Shown: positions 40,069 to 64,000 of the stretch, piece after piece | How the letters are laid out: every line of letters begins with the position of its first letter | How positions within the stretch are numbered: position 1 is the first letter of the stretch | DNA from: Amoebidium appalachense | Taxonomy: Eukaryota > Protista > Ichthyosporea | Length of the DNA stretch: 64,000 bases | Assembly: GCA_963693365.1 (NCBI GenBank) | Contig: CAVNZM010000013.1 | Coordinates: 1,823,817 to 1,887,816, forward strand | Reading direction: 5' to 3' | Notes under the pieces: model-generated | The model's database searches: none | What the model was told of the DNA's origin: nothing | The model's input: the letters and a program-made list of their open reading frames with translations, nothing else | Translations under genes and position numbers: made by a program

Positions 40069-40188
40069 CTAACACGTACTGACGTGTTGCCGCACGTGCG
40101 ACATTATACATCTACTTCAGGCGGCCCTTTTAAGCAAAAAAAAAAAAAAAAGAAGAAGAAGAAAGGAGACACCGCCTCAGTAGGTGGT
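40069..40188. mobile_element. ~120-bp insertion with 11-bp target-site duplication; inverted second copy at 40275-40388
   Basis: Flanked by AGATGTAACTC at 40058-40068 and 40189-40199; contains hairpin AACACGT-ACTG-ACGTGTT, palindrome CGCACGTGCG and an internal A-rich tract. Confidence 0.65.
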
Positions 40189-40390
40189 AGATGTAACTCA
40201 GGCTCCGCAATGTGTGCACGTGCAGGCCACCCGAATGCCCGGCGGCCAAGAGCCGCTGAGAACCTCAAAGCAAACTACTGAGGCGGTGTCTCCCTTTTCT
40301 TTTCTTTTTTTTTTTTCCCTTTTTTTTTGGCAAAAAGACAAGAAGTAGATGTATAACGTCGCACGTGCGTCAACACGTCAGTACGTGTAG

Positions 40391-42233
<1,843 letters not shown>

Positions 42234-42879
42234 TGTTTGTGTCATGAGCGTGTGTGTCTGTGTACTGTGTTTTGTGTTTGTGTGTGGCTGTGCCTCATTG
42301 TATTCGTGGCTCATAATTACTTCCCATAATATGACCTCCATAGTACCTTATTATGCGTTGGGTGTTCGTTTGTAATGCTGTTGTGCGCCTGTGTGTGCAT
42401 GGCATGCGTGCGTGCGTACGGCCGTGTGCGTTTGTGTGCGTGCCACTACCAGGGCCTCCTGGATACAGCTGTCTAGGAGGCCTTGGCCACTACGGAGTGC
42501 GTGCGGCCGCCGGCTGGTGACCGGATTTCTGCCGCGCTCTGATATAATGATGAGGATTGGATAAACTAACAAAAGCCAATCATAATTCACAGTTGCTGCT
42601 GATATAATTGGCTCGTATCTGGTCTTGGAATAGATGACCAATCAAAAGCGGCTTCCTTCGATCATGCCCTAGACTTTCTGAACGGTTTGAAATTCGAATG
42701 TCAGAAAAAGTTGTCCCTATCAAATTATTCATATATTCTGAAAGCATCCAAGTTTTAAAACACCCAATTGGGCTTGACACATTTAGTTCTATGCTCATAG
42801 CGTTGCTGTGAAACACACGACAGCCTCAACTAAGTCATACATTTGATTTACCCGCCTCTGCTCGGTATTTCTGTTCTAA

Positions 42880-42899
42880 CCAATCACAAGTGAGATTGG
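42880..42899. promoter_or_regulatory. Inverted pair of CCAAT boxes upstream of the gene at 43073
   Basis: CCAATC-ACAAGTGA-GATTGG about 180 bp upstream of the ATG. Confidence 0.3.
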
Positions 42900-43072
42900 C
42901 TTTCAAGTACATCCAGTACATCTGTTCGGCAGCCGTCAGTTCACATGCGAAACGTTCGCGGAAAGTTTACTTAGTCGTTGCGTTTCAAAACCACAAAGTA
43001 GCACTCCCTTTTAACTTCACACTAGACTAACTTAGAAGCAGAAAGAGTAGATATAAGCTATAAACTTTGAAA

Positions 43073-44637
43073 ATGGTGGAAGCTAACACTATGCAAATCT
43101 CTAAGCCGGCGGCGGAACAGACGGAGCTGGAGCAGCCTGAAGTCGAACACATGACCGCGCCCGTCTCGCAGGTGTCTGTCGATGTACCACCAGGAGCCTC
43201 GCATGTTGCTGACATGCACACCCACTACACGACAAAGGCGCAGGAACAATATGTGCATGTGTAAGTATTCTTATTCTTGTGGGGTGCTTCCTTCCTTTAC
43301 AACTAAATCTGCGTGATCAGGAGGTACCTACCACACTCGCCACACTTGTTCTTCGAATTCGGAGCACATATGTGAGTTCTCAGGACAGAGAAGGTTAAGC
43401 TAGGATGTAAGTAGTAGATTTGGTGTAGGCTTCAAGCACAGAACGGATTGAAAATTGGAAAACGTGAAATCGGAGCTGGAGATTTAGGGAGGAGGGGGGG
43501 AGGGAGGGGGCGGAGGGGGAGGAGGAGTTTTAACGAAATATCGACACTGGTGTTTCTCGGTTCAAATTTCGTGTCATGACCTACACAGTCTAAGTGCATG
43601 TCACAGCACGACCCATCATTCCAAATCTGCACCTGAATATCTGTGTTTGTGCTTTATTTTTAAGGGACCGGAATAGCACCAACCATACGATGTTTGGTCA
43701 TACTGGCGTAGACAAAAAATATGCTTGCCACCATTGGCATCGGAAGCTCTGTCACAGCACCGTTGCTGTCTCTGCAGATGTAGTCACGGTGTTGAGAGGA
43801 AATGCGTGCAGTGCACCGGCATTGTGCTTGCTCAACTTTTGTATGCTCAGTCCGCAGAATGGTGTTAAATTCGAGTGTCTGTCTGCGCGTGTCTGTGTGT
43901 GTTGGGTGTGTGTGTGGGGGAGGGGGGGGGGGGGGGGTTGGGGGGGGGGGGGGGGTGGACAGGTGTTTGTGTTTGCCCTGGTGGCCCCCCCTTTCCTCCC
44001 TCCCCCTCTCCCCCCCTCTCTCCCTCTTACGACACAACTCTCCCCCCCCTCTTAAAACACATGGTTGTACCCACGCCGAGTCACCATGCATACACACATA
44101 AGCACACGGTGACAATGCACTTTCACGCACACGAAACCAGCTTTCCTCTCAGTCATGGCGCCACCTAATCCATAAAAGAAGAAACACCCCAATCCTGCCC
44201 AAATACCTCTCGTTTACACTTATACAAACACTCCGTCTATTCATCAATTTACACAACCTTTTTCGCCATTGACACCTTATCATATAACAAAACAGGGAGG
44301 AGGAGGGTCCCCTGATGACCTTCAAGACCAAACTGATCTACTTTGTTCTGATGGCATTGGGGATGTGTTCGTGGGTCGTCGGCATTGGCGGTATTTCGGC
44401 CACCACGCAGACATGCAACTCACTGACTGCACCAAACTACTCGTGCAACAACCAGATTCGCCTCATCTGGATGAGGTAAACAAAAAAACACCCCCTCCCC
44501 CCTCCTCCCCCCTCCTCCCCCCTCCCCCACCGCCTTCTACCCCCTTCTCCCCTCCCCCCCCCCCCCCCCCCCTTCCCCCCATCCCCCTTCTAGATCTTCT
44601 TCAACCCCCTTCCCCCCCCCCCCCCCTCCCCTCCTTC

Positions 44638-44682
<45 letters not shown>

Positions 44683-45132
44683 ACACACGCACACATCTCT
44701 TCCTTTTTCAGATTCTAAAATGAAACAAACTTCAGAGGAAAAAACCAAACTAGCATTGAGAGAATTAGGTTTTAAATAAGGGTGTGTATAAGTACTGACC
44801 CCTATTAACACTGCATATTTCTTTCTGGCAGTTTCTGGTTCTTTGTAGTGATGGTCCTCGTCACCGGAGCCATGGTTTTCGTCGACAGCATCCCCCGGGC
44901 CCGCAACCTCATTCTCGTTCTCTGGGCAATGTGCACTGTCTTTACGATGCTTTCTGCCGACTACGCTCTTAGTTTGCAAGGGGAAGCGTACACTTTGGTG
45001 TCCAATCAGGACGGGAAGGAGCTTTACGAGAGGTCTGCCGTGACGTACAGCGGGGCAATTCTCATGTCCATAATCGGATTTGTGATGGTGATTGCCGTGG
45101 GAGGGTTGGATAGGACTACCATTTGCCGTTAG
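43073..45132 (+). CDS. Four-TM membrane protein resembling the Sho1 transmembrane domain, no SH3; 3 exons
   Basis: Exons 43073-43260 (GTAAGT donor), 44296-44475 (GTAAAC donor), 44832-45132 splice in phase 2: MVEANTMQ...LIYFVLMALGMCSWVVGIGGISAT..C...C..RLIWMSFWFFVVMVLV...SIPRARNLILVLWAMCTVFTM...SGAILMSIIGFVMVIAVGG. Gene model is solid; family assignment is tentative. Confidence 0.75.
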
Positions 45133-46103
45133 AAGGTTGTGATGTGTGTGTTGGGTGGGTGGGTGGGTGGGTCGGGGGGGGGGGGGGGTAAGGGGCAGGG
45201 GGAAAGGGGAGGTGGGGGGGGGGGGGGAGGGGGGGGGGAATGGCTGAGCGTTGGATTTGTGGATAGTCGAATTTGATAGAGTTCTGGCTTCATTGGTTGT
45301 TCACTCAGCCTGATGATTTGTTATGATTTATGATGGCCCTACAAAGTTTGTTTACATACCGCGGCAACAGGGGGGGGGGGGGGGGGGGGGGGTTTCGCTT
45401 GGTAGCAGAGTATGCAGTTGGAAATATTAGAATGATAACCAATGTATCAACCCGTATATACCTAGTAGCCTAGTAGCTGATACATATACACCCCATCCAT
45501 ATGGTGGGTACGTCTCTCTCTTTTTCTATTTCTCTCTCTTGCCCAACAAGTTCTTTGTCATTCTTGTGGATGCTTGCTATATGAGTGGTTGATTTGTAGA
45601 TCACGATTCTGAAATTGTACACGTGTACATAGACATAGAGACGGTATTATGTGACGTTCAGAGACCCCTAAAGCGTGCTATATTTGGAGCCTTTTTTCTA
45701 AAGAATTCAATAGGGTAGCTGGGCTCCCTGAAATAAAATGGAAATTCAGGACATTGGAATTACACGCACTGTAAGTTCGAGACCATGGCTGCCAAAAAAC
45801 ATCAGGGAAAGGGAACTTCCAAGAACGCACACAATTCGGATACGCATCGGGAATCGATGACACCGGAAAGCAAGGACACGGTGACTGAATTTAGTAGGTC
45901 TTAGGGAAATATAACACAAAACCAAATAAGAGCGCCGAACCCGTACCCGAAGGAATTTTAGAACGTAGTTTGGGAACGTGTAACGCCAAGGCCTCCTATA
46001 TCCTTGGAAACGCTCACTCTGGGAACCCTTTTGTGATCTGTAAGTCATGTTTATCACTTGCATGCACAATCCCCCTCCCCCCCCCCCCCCCCTCTCCCCC
46101 CAA

Positions 46104-46177
<74 letters not shown>

Positions 46178-46783
46178 GCACGCACACACACACACACACA
46201 CACACCAAAACGGAGAGGGGTCAACCCAGCGGCACTGAGCAAGGCCCTCTAAATAGAACACCTGCTTATGAGGATTTTAATTATGCAAAGCCAACTATCG
46301 AACCTGGCTTCTGAAATAATATTTGAACTTAAAACCTTTTTTCTGCGTCGATTGGGCTCCGTGGAATTAATGCCGTCTTAATTGACCTCAAAGAGCGGGG
46401 TGTAACACCTGCGATTCAAATTGGCTGTTTAAATACAAGGCATTGGTCGGTCCACTAATCATGAAATAATAGTCCCGGTATCGCTGCGGGAATGTGCAAA
46501 GGACCACATTCTGAAGCTGCAAATTGAAGCGAGGAAAACAAAAAAGACGAAATTCAAAAAAGAAGGGGGGGGGGGGGGGGGGGGGGGGGGGATCTGGAGG
46601 GATGGACACGTACATATGTGAGCTGGGATGAGGTGCCGGCACCAGGCCAACAGTACTTCCACCCAACAAGATACACATGAATGTAAAAACTTTAAGGGAC
46701 GTCACAAGAATACAGTATATGTGGAGATACAAAGCTTTTTTTTTTGGTGACTGTGTGTGTATTGTGTGCGCGCGAATTGTGTC

Positions 46784-46814
<31 letters not shown>

Positions 46815-46828
46815 CACGGTGTGTGTGT

Positions 46829-46873
<45 letters not shown>

Positions 46874-47222
46874 TTAGAGTTTTCTACACCATTCATCCCG
46901 AGACTTCCACCCAACAAGGTGCAGGGCTGGATAACAAAAATGTACCTAGATAACCGAGATTTATCCACATAGAACTTACATGTCTTTGTGCAAAGTTTGA
47001 AACCCGTATAGCTGAATTATGTTGTGAAGTCTCAGAAGTCCTACGTACCGTCACAATAATTTTTCTCAGTATATCTCGCCATGGATTAATGGTGAAGTGG
47101 CAATTAATTAACCCTGTCTGATGCCCGGCCCTTACTAAATTCATTACGCGCTCCGAATGCTTCTTAAGCTTGGACCTTAGCTCCCTTTCGTAGCTATATT
47201 ACTGTAGATTCAGTTCCAGCAG

Positions 47223-47268
<46 letters not shown>

Positions 47269-48395
47269 AATGGGTTCTCTGTGATCGGTTTTCCTCCAAA
47301 TTCAGCAAAGTTTGATTTAGTAATTTTATCCTTGTCCTTCACGTGTGGGCTTCTAGAAACCCAAAAGAATCATGCGATTGGGCGTATAGTTATCCTGCAA
47401 ATCCGACATATGTATAGATCGGAGGCGCCGCAGGCCTAGATCTAGTGTGTGGCCGTGCTGGAAAACACAGTTACTGTAAGCCACACATGCACACCAGGGG
47501 CAGTGCTCCCACCGTTGCCCAAAATATGAAACGTGTAAACCAACCAAATGCAATGCCCCTGTGTTTCATGACTCGTTTATCCACACTCAATGAGAATCTT
47601 TGAATTTATTTGTTTTGTATTCGTTATTTATTTAGGTATATCTGTTATTAGGCCTAGGAAGCTGACATGGGAAGCTCTGGAACCAACCAGGGCTCACAAT
47701 TTAACGGATTTCCCCAAAGATATTTTATCCGGTTTTTTCCTTTCTTTTTTCTTTCTTTCTTTCTTTCTTTCTTTCTTTTCTTTTTTTTTTTTTTTTTGAA
47801 ATATCAATCTTTAGCATTGGGAAATTCTGTCTTCACAATACAGTGGCAGTATCTACATAACCAACGGTTAGGTTAACGGTATTTTATTCTTGTCTATTTC
47901 CAATATTAAATATTATAACAACTGAAAACTCGAAAATCAAGGTAGTATGAGCATAAATAAAATCCCCTTATCATATAAAAAAAGTCGGGGAATCTGCACC
48001 CTAATTAATGACCACGATTGGTTAAACTAAGATCAGAAATTAATACCTTACGGAATCAACTTTAACTACCGACGACTATTTTACGTTTACTGTATATCTT
48101 CGTTGTCGATTCTATTGGTACATTAATGCGACCATTATCAAAACTAAGGGGGTGTATCAATTGACACTTGAAGTTCCGGATGGAAAAATTTCTGAAATGA
48201 ACCGAAAATATGAACAAGAAGTGGATAATGAAATGAGGTGCGCGCTCACACACTCAGTCGCGCTCACAAAGCGCACACATACACAAAACGGAAGAAAAGT
48301 TCCTCATATTAAGACCTAAGCATATCATAGAAGCATGACAACGAGAAAAAAAAAAACACACAAACAACAACAAAAAAACGAGCAACCAAGCCCCC

Positions 48396-48426
<31 letters not shown>

Positions 48427-48511
48427 AAAAAAAAAAAAAAAGAGAGAGAGAGACAGAGAAAGAGAGACAGAGAAAGAAAAAGAAGGAAAAAAGACACTAT
48501 AAGACCACCTA

Positions 48512-63769
<15,258 letters not shown>

Positions 63770-64000
63770 CTGTTCATGTTGCACGTGTCAGCAAAACAAA
63801 GTTGTTATCAAAGCTCGTTTTTCAACCGTGGTTGGTTATCTTAGTTTAAAGCAACCACCACTACTCCCATTTTTAGCCACTGGGCGGTGAGCCACACTGG
63901 TGACGTGATTCTATGCACAATTTCCATAACGCCGTGTAGCCGTCGAGCTGAAAAGGGCGCGAATGAAACTGGCTCTGTCGTATGTCGACATCGGCAATGT

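Larger units (their letters stand above)
32195..40260 (+). repeat. Cluster of seven co-oriented diverged 250-500-bp repeats
   Basis: Core CTGCACTGTGTGCATGGGCAGGTCACCC at ~32392, 33836, 35809, 36215, 36986, 38400, 40205, usually preceded by TCAGCTGC..GGGGTGACC and followed by GAAACCTAA..TTTGATTGTGGGACAGAA. Confidence 0.75.

Noticed and set aside
42340-42860. Viral or transposase fragment next to the array
   Set aside because: Only short ORFs without any motif I can identify.

Overview
Eukaryotic genomic DNA, intron-rich and saturated with poly-G/poly-C homopolymers and (CA)n/(GT)n/(GA)n microsatellites, so most ORFs in the supplied track are low-complexity artefacts. Six genes could be reconstructed by hand: (1) a small 4-TM membrane protein with a KKxx ER-retrieval tail (1113-1674, +); (2) a GATA-type zinc-finger factor with an atypical C-X4-C-X20-C-X2-H finger (5377-6688, -); (3) a 14-exon dynactin subunit 2/dynamitin gene (11599-24706, +); (4) a 2-exon LHFPL-family tetraspan (29250-30594, +); (5) a 3-exon 4-TM protein resembling the Sho1 membrane domain (43073-45132, +); (6) the 3' part of a large fibrillin-like calcium-binding EGF repeat protein (24 EGF modules, then an SdrD-B/Cna-B-like domain; 48512-63769, -). 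Gene content suggests an opisthokont, plausibly a unicellular holozoan (inference only). The most unusual non-coding features are: a family of ~450-bp structured, non-coding elements that occur as more-than-unit-length head-to-tail copies with one fixed poly(C)-flanked end (retrozyme/Penelope-like behaviour, no ribozyme identified); introns whose two ends carry complementary GT/AC or G/C tracts in place of normal splice signals; a 1.65-kb higher-order array of palindromic ~22-bp units; a cluster of seven co-oriented diverged repeats at 32-40 kb; and several MITEs. All calls are from reading the sequence and recalled family patterns; no searches were run.
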